Shown here in pieces: positions 15,750 to 26,218 of a stretch of 64,000 nucleotides of DNA. Numbering within the stretch: position 1 is the first letter of the stretch; every line of letters starts with the position of its first letter. The DNA comes from Candidatus Nitricoxidireducens bremensis (lineage in GTDB: Bacteria > Pseudomonadota > Gammaproteobacteria > Burkholderiales > Rhodocyclaceae): positions 161,233-225,232 of the forward strand of contig JAOTRT010000005.1 of NCBI GenBank assembly GCA_030247725.1. The letters run 5' to 3'. The notes under the pieces are model-generated. The model was not told the DNA's origin and made no database searches. It saw nothing but the letters and a program-made list of their open reading frames with translations. A program made the position numbers and the translations under genes.

Positions 15750-16748
15750 TTAACCGGGAACGCCGCCGCCCGCGGCGGCCACCGCCTGGTCGATGGCGCC
15801 GAAGATGCTGTTGCCGGCGGCGTCGAACATTTCGATGCGCACCCGGTCGCCGAAGCCCATGAAGGGCGTGGCCGGCTGGCCATCGGCGAGGGTTTCCAGG
15901 CAGCGCTTTTCGGCGATGCAGCCGGAGCCGGTGCTGCGGTCCGTGTTGGACACGGTGCCGGAACCGATGATGGAGCCGGCCTCCAGTTCCCGCGTCTTCG
16001 CCGCATGGGCCATGAGTTGCGGGAAGCTGAAGGTCATGTCGATGCCCGCATTGGGCCGGCCGAACAGGGCGCCGTTGTGGTGCACGACGATGGGCAGGTG
16101 CAGCTTGCCGTCGCGCCAGGCGGCCCCCAGCTCGTCGGGCGTCACGGCCACGGGCGAGAAGGCCGTGGCCGGCTTGGACTGGAAGAAGCCGAAGCCCTTG
16201 GCCAGCTCGGCGGGAATCAGGTTGCGCAGGCTCACGTCGTTCACCAGCATCAGCAGGCGGATGTGCTGTTCGCAGGCCGCCGGCGCGGCACCCATGGGGA
16301 CGTCTCCGGTGACCACCGCCACCTCGGCCTCGAAGTCGATGCCCCAGTCCTCGCTGGCGGCGAGGATGGGGTCGCAGGGGCCGATGAAGGAATCGGAGCC
16401 CCCCTGGTACATGAGGGGATCGGTCCAGAACTCGGGCGGCATGGCGGCGCCGCGGGCCTGGCGCACCAGTTCCACATGGTTCACGTAGGCGGAGCCGTCG
16501 GCCCACTGGTAGGCGCGGGGCAGGGGCGAGTGGCAGTGCTTCGGCTCGAAGGGGATGGCGTGGCGGGCGTGGCCGTGGTTGAGCATGTCGTACACCAGCT
16601 CCAGTTCGGGGGCCACCGTGTCCCAGGCGTCGAGGGCCTGCTGCAGCGTGGGCGCCACGCCGCCGACGGTCTGGCAGCGGCTCAGGTCGCGGCTGACGAC
16701 GACCAGCGTGCCGTCGCGTCCGCCGTGTTTGAGGCTGGCGAGTTTCAC
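15750..16748 (-). CDS. FAH family hydrolase, long type (fumarylpyruvate/fumarylacetoacetate hydrolase-like)
   Basis: The GTG at 16748 overlaps the upstream stop (GTGA). 332 aa with IDFEAEVAVVTG, NDVSLRNL and GSIIGSGTVSN motifs. Confidence 0.8.
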   Translation of the reverse strand: MKLASLKHGGRDGTLVVVSRDLSRCQTVGGVAPTLQQALDAWDTVAPELELVYDMLNHGHARHAIPFEPKHCHSPLPRAYQWADGSAYVNHVELVRQARGAAMPPEFWTDPLMYQGGSDSFIGPCDPILAASEDWGIDFEAEVAVVTGDVPMGAAPAACEQHIRLLMLVNDVSLRNLIPAELAKGFGFFQSKPATAFSPVAVTPDELGAAWRDGKLHLPIVVHHNGALFGRPNAGIDMTFSFPQLMAHAAKTRELEAGSIIGSGTVSNTDRSTGSGCIAEKRCLETLADGQPATPFMGFGDRVRIEMFDAAGNSIFGAIDQAVAAAGGGVPG

Positions 16749-17293
16749 GCTTGCTTCTCCTTGGCGTAGCTGCCGTCGTGCATCCAGCGGGCGTGGGTGG
16801 GTGCCCGCTTGGTGCGGGCCCAGTCGTCGAGCATGTCCCACTTCACGGTGTCGAGCTTGTCCATCATGTCCGGGGTTCCCGTGTTGACCGCCAGTTCCAG
16901 GCGATGGCCGTTGGGGTCGAAGAAGTATATCGACTGGAAGATGGCGTGGTCGGTGGGACCGACCACCTCGATGCCGTCGGCCTCCAGGCGCGCCTTCACG
17001 GCCAGCAGCTCCTCCAGGGTCGCCAGCTCCAGGGCCAGGTGCTGGACCCAGGCCGGCGTGTTGGGGTCGCGCCCCAGGGGCGGCCGGGTCGGCAGTTCGA
17101 AGAAGGCGAGGATGTTGCCCTGGCCGGCGTCGAGGAACACGTGCATGTAGGGGTCGGGCTCTTTGGTGGAGGGCACCCGGTCCTCGGCGATGGCGAGGAC
17201 GAAGTTCATGCCCAGGTATTTGCCGTACCACTCGACGGTCTGCTTGGCGTCGATGCAGCGGTAGGCGACGTGGTGGATGCGCTGGACGGCCAT
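16745..17293 (-). CDS. VOC family protein (candidate ring-cleavage dioxygenase/isomerase)
   Basis: 182-aa ORF. IHHVAYRCIDAKQTVEWY, HVFLD and FFDPNGHRLEL are glyoxalase/extradiol-dioxygenase fold motifs. Confidence 0.75.
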   Translation of the reverse strand: MAVQRIHHVAYRCIDAKQTVEWYGKYLGMNFVLAIAEDRVPSTKEPDPYMHVFLDAGQGNILAFFELPTRPPLGRDPNTPAWVQHLALELATLEELLAVKARLEADGIEVVGPTDHAIFQSIYFFDPNGHRLELAVNTGTPDMMDKLDTVKWDMLDDWARTKRAPTHARWMHDGSYAKEKQA

Positions 17294-17308
17294 GGTTCTC
17301 TCCTTGTC

Positions 17309-17533
17309 TCAGACGTCCTCGCGGGCGGCGGCGAGGGCTTCCCGCAGCACGTCCAGGTCGCCGATGTGGTTGGCGAGCAGCAGGATCAGGCGGGCGTTCA
17401 TGAGTTCGCTCTGCTCGTCGGAGAGGTCCCGATGGGCGTCGAGGAGCATTTCGTAGAAGTCGTCGCCCGGCGAGTAGGCGTTGAGGTAGCGCTTGCCGGC
17501 GGCGTGGAAGTTGGGGGCGAGGTTGAGGGGCAT
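17309..17533 (-). CDS. DUF2783-like small protein
   Basis: Track ORF 17309..17602 trimmed to the ATG at 17533, preceded by GAGGAGA. 74 aa, with DDFYEMLLDAHRDLSDEQSELMNARLILLLANHIGD typical of DUF2783. Confidence 0.6.
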   Translation of the reverse strand: MPLNLAPNFHAAGKRYLNAYSPGDDFYEMLLDAHRDLSDEQSELMNARLILLLANHIGDLDVLREALAAAREDV

Positions 17534-17543
17534 GGCGGTCTCC

Positions 17544-19163
17544 TCAGGCATTGCACGTGGCGCGGGCAACGGCGGCGCGCACGGCGGCGACCGTGGGCGC
17601 ACGCCAGCGGGCGGCCACGTGCTGGTCGGGACGGATCAGGTAGGCGGTGCCGGGACGGGCGTCGTAGCGGTGGGCGGCGACGCCCTTGGGGTCGGCGGCG
17701 GGCGTCAGGGTCAGGGTGCGCACGGGGATGGGGTCGTCGGCGAGTTCCGCGTAGGTGTCGCCGGCTGCGTCGTCGGCGAAGCGCAGCAGGGTGAATTGGC
17801 CGCCCACCCGGTCCAGCAGCCAGCCGGGACGGCCGCCGATGCTGATGGGGGCGTCGTCCATGGGCATGCCGGGCGCCATGCGGCCGGCGAACGCTTCGGC
17901 GTCCGGCGTATTCAGCGGCGACTCGGCCAGGCAGGCCGGTACCGACAGGCGGCCCGAATTCACCAGCACGCGGGCGAAGGCGTGCTTGCCGGCCATGCCC
18001 AGCACGGCGTTGCGGAAGGTCCGGCTGGCGCGGCTCTTGGGCGTGATGAAGTCGGTAGAGCGCGTGGAGTTGAGGAGGTTCTCGTCGGCGGCGCAGGTAC
18101 GTTCGGCGGAGTAGCTGTCCAGCAGGCTTTCCGGAGCGCGGCCGTCCATGACCAGCTTGAGCTTCCAGGCCAGGTTGTCCGTGTCCTGGATGCCGGAGTT
18201 GGCGCCGCGGGCGCCGAAGGGCGAGACCTGGTGGGCGGCGTCGCCGACGAAGAGCACGCGGCCGTGGCGGAAGGCGGCCATGCGCCGGCATTGGAAGGTG
18301 TAGACGCTGACCCATTCCAGCTCGAATTCCCGTTCGTCGCCGAGCATGGCCTGGATGCGCGGGATCACCTTCTCGGGCTTCTTCTCCTCTTCCGGGTCCG
18401 CGGTCCAGCCGAGCTGGAAGTCGATGCGCCAGACGTTGTCGGCCTGCTTGTGCAGCAGGGCCGACTGGTTGGGGTGGAAGGGCGGGTCGAACCAGAACCA
18501 GCGCTCGGCGGGGAAATCCGCCTTCATGACCACGTCGGCGATGAGGAAGCGGTCCATGAAGATCTTGCCGTCGATCTCCAGGTTGAGCATCTTGCGGATC
18601 GGGCTCTTCGCCCCGTCGGCCACCACGAGCCAGTCGGCCGCCGCCACGTAGTAGCCGTCGGGCGTCTCCACCTTGAGGCGCACGTCCTCGTCGCCGGGGT
18701 TCACCGAGATCACCCGGTTCTTCCAGCGCATCTCGATGTTGGGCAGCTCGCGGCAGCGCGCGACGAGGAATTCCTCCAGGTAGTACTGCTGGAGGTTCAC
18801 CATGCCGGGCCGCTTCTGGTCGGCCTCGGGCACCAGGTTGAAGTTGTACACCTCGCGGTCGCGGAAGAAGCTGCGGCCCACGTTCCAGGACACGCCCTTG
18901 TCCACCACCGCGTCGCCGACGCCGAGACGGTCGAGGATTTCCAGGGCCCGCTTGGCGTAGCAGACGCCGCGGGAGCCGATGCTGACGGTGTCGTCATCGT
19001 CCAGCAGCAACACCGGCACGCCCTGCTGCGCCAGGTCGATGGCCGCCGCCATGCCCACGGGGCCGGCGCCCACCACCACGGCGCGGGCGTGCTTGAGCCT
19101 GTTGGTGCCGGCCTCTGCGGGCCTCTCGTACTTGAACTTCGGGTAGTGGTAGGTTTTCAGCAT
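17544..19163 (-). CDS. FAD-dependent aromatic monooxygenase (MhpA/PheA-TfdB-like)
   Basis: 539-aa ORF. Rossmann motif VVVGAGPVGMAAAIDLAQQG, then VVADGAKSPIR and FVGDAAHQVSPFGARG. Confidence 0.85.
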   Translation of the reverse strand: MLKTYHYPKFKYERPAEAGTNRLKHARAVVVGAGPVGMAAAIDLAQQGVPVLLLDDDDTVSIGSRGVCYAKRALEILDRLGVGDAVVDKGVSWNVGRSFFRDREVYNFNLVPEADQKRPGMVNLQQYYLEEFLVARCRELPNIEMRWKNRVISVNPGDEDVRLKVETPDGYYVAAADWLVVADGAKSPIRKMLNLEIDGKIFMDRFLIADVVMKADFPAERWFWFDPPFHPNQSALLHKQADNVWRIDFQLGWTADPEEEKKPEKVIPRIQAMLGDEREFELEWVSVYTFQCRRMAAFRHGRVLFVGDAAHQVSPFGARGANSGIQDTDNLAWKLKLVMDGRAPESLLDSYSAERTCAADENLLNSTRSTDFITPKSRASRTFRNAVLGMAGKHAFARVLVNSGRLSVPACLAESPLNTPDAEAFAGRMAPGMPMDDAPISIGGRPGWLLDRVGGQFTLLRFADDAAGDTYAELADDPIPVRTLTLTPAADPKGVAAHRYDARPGTAYLIRPDQHVAARWRAPTVAAVRAAVARATCNA

Positions 19164-19227
19164 CCCGATGTCTCCTCCGTGGCCGCCCTCTGCGGGGCGT
19201 GTCTCTCTGTTGGGGCTGGGGGTTCCG

Positions 19228-20181
19228 CTAGCCTTCCAGCGCCTCCCACATCTCCCGGTCGCGCTGGTCGGTCCAGATGCGCGGGTCCGGGTAGTGCGTC
19301 GCTTCGTCGTAGGCGCGGCTCACGTCGAAGGGCAGGCAGTGGTCGAAGATGACCCAGTGGCCGAACTTCGGCTTCAAGGCGGCGTAGGTTTCTTTATAGA
19401 CCGCCCGCAGGTCGCGGCCGGCCTGGGCGCCCTGCTTGACGGCGCCGAACATCGACGTGACGAAGTCGCGGGTGCCGGCGAGTCCCGCCTGTACCTGGGC
19501 CGGCGTCTTGAGGGCCGCGCCGCGGCCGGGCACCAGCTGCTCGGGCTTGAGGGCGGCGATGTTGTCGAGGGTTTGCGGCCAGTCGGTCAGGTAGGCGTCG
19601 CCCGTGTAGGGCGTGGCGTCGTACTCCACCAGGTCGCCGGAGAACAGGATTTTCTGTTGGGGCAGCCAGACCACGGTGTCGCCCTTGGTGTGGCCGCGGC
19701 CGAGCTGGAGGATCTTCACTTCCAGCTTGCCGAGCCAGAGGGTCATTTCGCCCTTGAAGGTGAGGGTCGGCCAGGTGAGGCCGGGGATGCTCTCGACGGC
19801 GCGGAACAGGCGCGGGAAGCGGCCGATCTCGCTCTTCATGTCGGCCTCGCCGCGCTCGACGATGAGGTCGTAGCTGTCCTGGCTGGCGATGATGTGGTCG
19901 GCGCCGTAGGCCGAGGCGCCGAGGACGCGCACCGCGTGGTAGTGGGACATCACCACGTACTTGATGGGCTTGTCGGTCACCTCGCGGATGCGGCGGATCA
20001 CGTCCCGGGCCATGACCGGCGTCGCCTGGGCGTCGATGACCATGACGGCGTCGTCGCCGATCACCACGCCGGTGTTGGGATCGCCCTCGGCGGTGTAGGC
20101 CCAGGCGTTGTCCGAGAGGCGTTCGAAGGTGACCTTCTTCTCCTCCAGGTCCGCCTGGGAGGCAAATCTCTTTTCGCTCAT
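19228..20181 (-). CDS. MBL-fold metallo-hydrolase
   Basis: 317-aa ORF. VVMSHYHAVRVLG (a variant of HxHxDH), GRGHTKGD and LFSGDLVE. Confidence 0.8.
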   Translation of the reverse strand: MSEKRFASQADLEEKKVTFERLSDNAWAYTAEGDPNTGVVIGDDAVMVIDAQATPVMARDVIRRIREVTDKPIKYVVMSHYHAVRVLGASAYGADHIIASQDSYDLIVERGEADMKSEIGRFPRLFRAVESIPGLTWPTLTFKGEMTLWLGKLEVKILQLGRGHTKGDTVVWLPQQKILFSGDLVEYDATPYTGDAYLTDWPQTLDNIAALKPEQLVPGRGAALKTPAQVQAGLAGTRDFVTSMFGAVKQGAQAGRDLRAVYKETYAALKPKFGHWVIFDHCLPFDVSRAYDEATHYPDPRIWTDQRDREMWEALEG

Positions 20182-20193
20182 GGCGCCTCCGGA

Positions 20194-20229
20194 ATTACGA
20201 TTTGGTTAAATAGTTTCACCCATCGTAAT
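20194..20229. promoter_or_regulatory. 8-bp perfect inverted repeat in an AT-rich leader (candidate operator/promoter of the catabolic operon)
   Basis: ATTACGAT-N20-ATCGTAAT, 13-48 nt upstream of the MBL gene ATG (20181). The spacer contains TTAAATAG. Confidence 0.3.
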
Positions 20230-20274
20230 TTCGCCGCAGTGCTTTGTCAAACGCCGCGGCGGCGCCGGCGCCGG

Positions 20275-21249
20275 CTATTCGAGCTTCTTGCGCAGTTCGG
20301 CGAGGCCCTTCTCGTCGATGGTCGGGGCGCCGCCGGCCTGGAGGTTGGACAGCCACTTCTGGCGGTTCTCCTCGGCCTTCTTGCGCCGCAGGGCGTTGGC
20401 CAGGGCCTGGGAGACCTCGGCGAGAGGGCGCACGCTCTCCTCCTCGCGCTCCAGCACCTTGACGATCTGCCAGCCGTAGCGGGTCTTGACCGGTTTGGAA
20501 ACGCCGCCGACGGGCAGGCCGGCGATGGCGGCGCGCACGTCGTCCATCAGGCCCGGCATGTCGAGCCAGCCCACTTCGCCGCCGTTCTGGTTGCTCGGCG
20601 TGTCTTCGGAATAGATCTTGGCGAGGGCGGCGAAGTCGGCGCCCGCGGCGGCGGCCTTGGCCGCGGCTTCCTTCGCGCGGGCTTCGGCCTTGTCGGCCTC
20701 GGCCTTGGGTGCATCGGCGGCGACGCGCACCAGGATCTGGGCCAGGCGCGCCCGCGCCGGCTTGAGGAAGCTCGCCCGGTTGGCCTGGTAGGCCGCCTCG
20801 ATTTCGGCGGTGCCCGGATAGCCGGGCTCGGGAGCCGCCTTCTGGTCCAGGTAGCGCTCCAGCAGGGCCTGCTCGGCGATGCGCTCCATCATGTACTTGA
20901 TCTCGGGCTTGCCGTCGAAGCCCTCCTTGCGGGCGCTGGCGAGGGTGGCCTTGCGCAAGGCCTCGTTGCGCAGCAGGTTCTGCAGGGCCTCTGGCTTCTC
21001 CTTGAGCTGGCGCCGCGACTCCTCGTTCTGGGCCTGGATCAGCTGCAGCATGGCGCCGCTGCGCACTTCCTGGCCGTTGAAGCGGACGACCACCCGGTCC
21101 CGGGAGGACTGCTGTCCCTTGGCGGCCGGCTGCGCCTGGACCGCCTGTTGCGCCTGCTGTGCCTTGGGCGCCTGCGGGCCCTGGGCCGCCACCGGGCCGG
21201 CCGCTGTCAGGGCGAGTCCGACGGCCATTGCTGCTGTTGCTTTTCGCAT
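20275..21249 (-). CDS. parvulin-type peptidyl-prolyl cis-trans isomerase (periplasmic)
   Basis: The ATG at 21249 lies within track ORF 20275..22002. Signal peptide present. Parvulin core FAALAKIYSEDTPSNQNGGEVGWL ... SKPVKTRYGWQIVKV. Confidence 0.8.
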   Translation of the reverse strand: MRKATAAMAVGLALTAAGPVAAQGPQAPKAQQAQQAVQAQPAAKGQQSSRDRVVVRFNGQEVRSGAMLQLIQAQNEESRRQLKEKPEALQNLLRNEALRKATLASARKEGFDGKPEIKYMMERIAEQALLERYLDQKAAPEPGYPGTAEIEAAYQANRASFLKPARARLAQILVRVAADAPKAEADKAEARAKEAAAKAAAAGADFAALAKIYSEDTPSNQNGGEVGWLDMPGLMDDVRAAIAGLPVGGVSKPVKTRYGWQIVKVLEREEESVRPLAEVSQALANALRRKKAEENRQKWLSNLQAGGAPTIDEKGLAELRKKLE

Positions 21250-21286
21250 TGCTGCCACTCCTGTCGATTGAATGGGGGATGATCGG

Positions 21287-22033
21287 TCAGACGGGATTGT
21301 CCACCTCGATGTATTCGCAGTCCAGGCCGAAACGCTCCTTGAGGTGGGCGCCCAGGGCCATGACGCCGTAGCGTTCGGTGGCATGGTGGCCGGCGGCGAT
21401 GTAGGGCACGCCGGTCTCCCGCGCCAGGTGCACGGTGTTTTCGGAAATCTCGCCGCTGACGAAGACGTCGGCGCCGGCCGCCAGGGCCTGCTCGAAGTAG
21501 CCCTGGGCGCCGCCGCTGCACCAGGCGACGCGCGCCACCGGGCGTCCGGCGTCGCCCACCAGCAGCGGCTTGCGGCCGAGGGTGGTCTCGATACCGGCCG
21601 CCAGCGCGCCCGCCGTGATGGCTGCCGCCGGTGTACCGAGGAAGCCGATGTCCTGCTCGGCGAAGCGGCCGGTGACCGTCCAGCCCAGGCGCTGCGCCAG
21701 CTGGGCGTTGTTGCCGAATTCCGCATGGGCGTCGAGGGGCAGGTGGTAGGCGAACAGGTTGATGTCATGGGCCAGCAGCGCCGCCATGCGGCGGCGGCGG
21801 TGGCCGGTGACGCGGCCGTCCTCGGATTTCCAGAACCAGCCGTGGTGCACGAGGATGGCGTCGGCGCCGGACGCCGCCGCCGCATCGATGAGGGCCTGGC
21901 TGGCGCTGACGCCGCAGACGATGCGACGAATCTCGGCGCGGCCTTCCACTTGCAGGCCGTTTGGGCAATAATCCCGGAAGCGCGCAGCGTCCAGCAGCGC
22001 ATCGAGATAGGCGCGCAGTTCGTTTCCTTCCAT
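21287..22033 (-). CDS. Nif3-like dinuclear metal centre protein (YbgI family)
   Basis: The ATG at 22033 lies within ORF 21287..22120. [25 protein letters not shown] and AAGHHATE are present. Confidence 0.85.
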   Translation of the reverse strand: MEGNELRAYLDALLDAARFRDYCPNGLQVEGRAEIRRIVCGVSASQALIDAAAASGADAILVHHGWFWKSEDGRVTGHRRRRMAALLAHDINLFAYHLPLDAHAEFGNNAQLAQRLGWTVTGRFAEQDIGFLGTPAAAITAGALAAGIETTLGRKPLLVGDAGRPVARVAWCSGGAQGYFEQALAAGADVFVSGEISENTVHLARETGVPYIAAGHHATERYGVMALGAHLKERFGLDCEYIEVDNPV

Positions 22034-22100
22034 CGAGCAATCCTCCAGTCCGAAACCTAGCGCGGGTCGGGCATCACGCCCCGGAATCCGCAGACGAATT

Positions 22101-23264
<1,164 letters not shown>

Positions 23265-23631
23265 CGGTCGGCTGACTGTAGGGTGCTTCACATGGCGGAG
23301 CGCCAAGGGCGACGGGTAGCCGCCGCTGCTCGTGTCCCCCGAGTCGAGCTGCGCCCGCCTCTCCTCCTTTACCTCGCTGCGGCGCCTACCCGCCACCCTT
23401 GGCTCGATCTGCGTGCATGCTGGACGCAAAAACCGGCACGGCGCTTCACGACGGGGTGGTGGGGTGCTCTGCGCAGCGAAGTAGAGGAGGAGACCTTGGC
23501 CGCAGGCCAAGGGTGGGGGACATGAGCGGAGCAGAGCACCCCGCCGCCCCGTTCGCGCTCCAAACGTTGATATATCGCAGGGCTGTCGGCGGAACAAGTG
23601 GAAACCACTGCCCAGCCAAATACAACAGCCG

Positions 23632-24456
23632 CTACTGCCCGGACTTGCCCGAATCCGCCTCGGCCTTGTCGAGTTCCCGCTCCATCTCGGCCTCGCTGGG
23701 CGGCGCATAGTCGCTGACGCCGTCCCTGGCTTCTTCCTGCGCCGGACGCGCAGCGAAGCGTGCCAGCACCAGGCCCAGTTCGTAGAGCAGGCACATGGGA
23801 ATCGCCAGCAGCAGCTGGGAGAGCACGTCCGGCGGCGTCACCACGGCGGCGATGACGAAGGCGCCGACGATGACGTAGGGCCGCGCCTCCTTGAGCTTCT
23901 CGATGCTGACGACGCCGAAGCGAACCAGCAGAACCACGGCCACCGGCACCTCGAAGGTGATGCCGAAGGCGAGGAACATGGTCATGACGAAGGCCAGGTA
24001 TTGCTCGATGTCCGGCGCCGGCGTGATGGACTGGGGGGCAAACTCGGCGATGAACCGGAACACCGTGTTGAAGACGAAGAAGTAGCAGAAGGCGATGCCG
24101 GCGAGGAACAGCAGCGTGGAACCCACCACCAGGGGCAGGGCGAACTTCTTCTCGTGGGCGTAGAGGCCCGGAGCGACGAAGGCCCAGACCTGGAACAGCA
24201 CCACCGGCAGGGCGACGATGAAGGCCGCCAGCAACGTCACCTTGATGGGCACCATGAAGGGCGTGATGACGCCGGTGGCGATCATCTTGGTACCGGCCGG
24301 CAGGGTGGCGATCATCGGCTGGGCCAGCAGGTCGTAAACGGAGCCGGCCCAGGGCACCAGGCAGAGGAAGACCAGCAGCACGGCGCCGAGCGACTTCAGC
24401 AGCCGGTCGCGCAGCTCGATCAGGTGGGAGATGAAGGTTTCGTGGGCTTCGGACAT
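23632..24456 (-). CDS. tatC: twin-arginine translocase subunit TatC
   Basis: 274-aa ORF. HLIELRDRLL, PGLYAHEK and TPPD motifs, with six TM helices. Confidence 0.95.
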   Translation of the reverse strand: MSEAHETFISHLIELRDRLLKSLGAVLLVFLCLVPWAGSVYDLLAQPMIATLPAGTKMIATGVITPFMVPIKVTLLAAFIVALPVVLFQVWAFVAPGLYAHEKKFALPLVVGSTLLFLAGIAFCYFFVFNTVFRFIAEFAPQSITPAPDIEQYLAFVMTMFLAFGITFEVPVAVVLLVRFGVVSIEKLKEARPYVIVGAFVIAAVVTPPDVLSQLLLAIPMCLLYELGLVLARFAARPAQEEARDGVSDYAPPSEAEMERELDKAEADSGKSGQ

Positions 24457-24845
24457 CAGGCTTGCGGCTTGTCGGCGGGCGCGGCGGCCAAGGCCGGCGG
24501 CGCTTCGGCGGCGGCGGGAGCGGCGCCTTCCGTGCTTGCGGCGGCGGACTTTTCGCCGATGCCGGCGGCGATGGATTCGTTGAGGGAGGTTTCCACGGAA
24601 CCGAGCTGGGCATTCACCGACTGTTCCATGTCCTTCATCTGGGACACCACGTCGGACTGCATCTTCTTCAGTTCCTCGATCTGGATTTCCCGGTTGATGT
24701 CGGACTTGACGTCGTTCACGTAGCGCTGCAGGCGGCCGAGCAGGTGGCCGACGGTACGGGCGACGCCCGGCAGGCGTTCGGGGCCGATGACGATCAGCGC
24801 CACGACGGCGATGACGATCAGTTCCGAGAAGCCGATATCGAACAC
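24456..24845 (-). CDS. tatB: twin-arginine translocase subunit TatB
   Basis: [26 protein letters not shown] at the N-terminus. Position between tatA and tatC. Confidence 0.9.
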   Translation of the reverse strand: MFDIGFSELIVIAVVALIVIGPERLPGVARTVGHLLGRLQRYVNDVKSDINREIQIEELKKMQSDVVSQMKDMEQSVNAQLGSVETSLNESIAAGIGEKSAAASTEGAAPAAAEAPPALAAAPADKPQA

Positions 24846-24908
24846 GGGGGACCTTTCAGACGAAACGAGCGGGGGATGCCCGCTCGTTCATGGTGCGACG
24901 GCGCTGCG

Positions 24909-25136
24909 TCAGTTGGAAGACTTTTCCTTGACCTCGCCCTCGATGGTGTGACCCACCTGCTGCGCCGGCTGGGCATCGACGGGCTTGCCGTCGGCGGTGC
25001 CTTCCTTGATGCCGTCCTTGAAGCCCTTGACCGCACCGCCCAGGTCCTGGCCGATGTTGCGCAGCTTCTTGGTGCCGAACACCAGCATGACGATGACCAG
25101 AACGATCAACCAGTGCCAGATGCTGAAACTACCCAT
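24909..25136 (-). CDS. tatA: twin-arginine translocase subunit TatA
   Basis: 75-aa ORF with [22 protein letters not shown]. Confidence 0.9.
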   Translation of the reverse strand: MGSFSIWHWLIVLVIVMLVFGTKKLRNIGQDLGGAVKGFKDGIKEGTADGKPVDAQPAQQVGHTIEGEVKEKSSN

Positions 25137-25145
25137 GCCTGTCTC

Positions 25146-25496
25146 CTATTTCCTCTTCAGCATGGAGCCGAGGGGTTCCGGCCCGCCGAGGATATGAACG
25201 TGAAGATGATACACCTCCTGATGGCCGATCCGCCCCGTGTTGATGATGGTGCGGAAGCCGTCGGCGAGGCCCTGGCCGCGAGCCAGTTCGCCAGCCTTGG
25301 CGAGAATTTTGCCGAGTACCGCCTGGTGGTCCGGGCCGGCGTCGTAGAGGGAGGCCACATGCACCTTGGGCACGATCATGAAGTGCACCGGCGCGATGGG
25401 GTTGATGTCGTGGAAGGCGAAGATGTCCTCGTCTTCATAGACCTTCTTCGAGGGAATCTCGCCGCGGACGATCTTGCAGAAGATGCAGTCGCTCAT
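25146..25496 (-). CDS. HIT family (histidine triad) nucleotide-binding protein
   Basis: CIFCKI at the N-terminus and the HLHVHILGG histidine triad. Confidence 0.9.
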   Translation of the reverse strand: MSDCIFCKIVRGEIPSKKVYEDEDIFAFHDINPIAPVHFMIVPKVHVASLYDAGPDHQAVLGKILAKAGELARGQGLADGFRTIINTGRIGHQEVYHLHVHILGGPEPLGSMLKRK

Positions 25497-25499
25497 GGC

Positions 25500-25826
25500 T
25501 CAGCCCTGGGTGCGCGAGCGCTTCTCGTCGATGCCGGAGATGCCTTCCCGGCGCCGGAACTCGCACATGATGTCGTCCACGCCGATGTCGAAGTGGGTCA
25601 TCAGCACCAGGCTGTGGAACCAGAGGTCGCAGACCTCGCGCACCAGGTGCAGGCGGTCGCCGTCCTTGGCGGCCATGATCGTCTCGGCGGCCTCCTCGGC
25701 CACCTTCTTGCAGATGGCGTCGGTGCCCTTGGCGTAGAGGCTGGCGACATAGGAAGAGTCCGGCGCGGCCCCCTTGCGGTCCACCAGGGTCTGCTGCACG
25801 CGATGGATGACTTCGAGATCGATCAT
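25500..25826 (-). CDS. hisE: phosphoribosyl-ATP pyrophosphatase
   Basis: 108-aa [22 protein letters not shown] and DLWFH motifs. Confidence 0.9.
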   Translation of the reverse strand: MIDLEVIHRVQQTLVDRKGAAPDSSYVASLYAKGTDAICKKVAEEAAETIMAAKDGDRLHLVREVCDLWFHSLVLMTHFDIGVDDIMCEFRRREGISGIDEKRSRTQG

Positions 25827-26218
25827 TTATATATCTCCTTGGGGTCCTTCAGGACCGGCTCCACATCCTGCCAGCCGTTCTTTTCAAGCTTGTTGAAGAA
25901 GCAGCTGCGGCGCCCGGTGTGGCAGGCGATGCCGCCCACCTGCTCGATCTTCAGCAGCACGACGTCATTGTCGCAGTCGGTGCGGATTTCCAGCACCTTC
26001 TGGAAATGGCCGGACTCCTCGCCCTTGTGCCAGAGCTTGCGGCGCGAACGCGACCAGTAGATGGCCTGGCCCGTCGCGGCGGTCTTTTCGAGGGCTTCCC
26101 GGTTCATCCAGGCGAACATCAGCACTTCGCCGGTCACGGCATCCTGGGCGATGACGGGCACCAGGCCCTGCTCGTCCCATTTCACTTCGTTGAGCCACTT
26201 GGCCTTGCCCGTTACCAT
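25823..26218 (-). CDS. hisI: phosphoribosyl-AMP cyclohydrolase
   Basis: The ATG at 26218 overlaps the hisF stop. [15 protein letters not shown] and [22 protein letters not shown]. Confidence 0.9.
   Translation of the reverse strand: MVTGKAKWLNEVKWDEQGLVPVIAQDAVTGEVLMFAWMNREALEKTAATGQAIYWSRSRRKLWHKGEESGHFQKVLEIRTDCDNDVVLLKIEQVGGIACHTGRRSCFFNKLEKNGWQDVEPVLKDPKEIYK

Noticed and set aside
23283-23525. 80-aa plus-strand ORF in the degS-tatC intergenic region
   Set aside because: It has no Shine-Dalgarno and its translation is dominated by the inverted-repeat sequence. The region is better explained as structured non-coding DNA or RNA.
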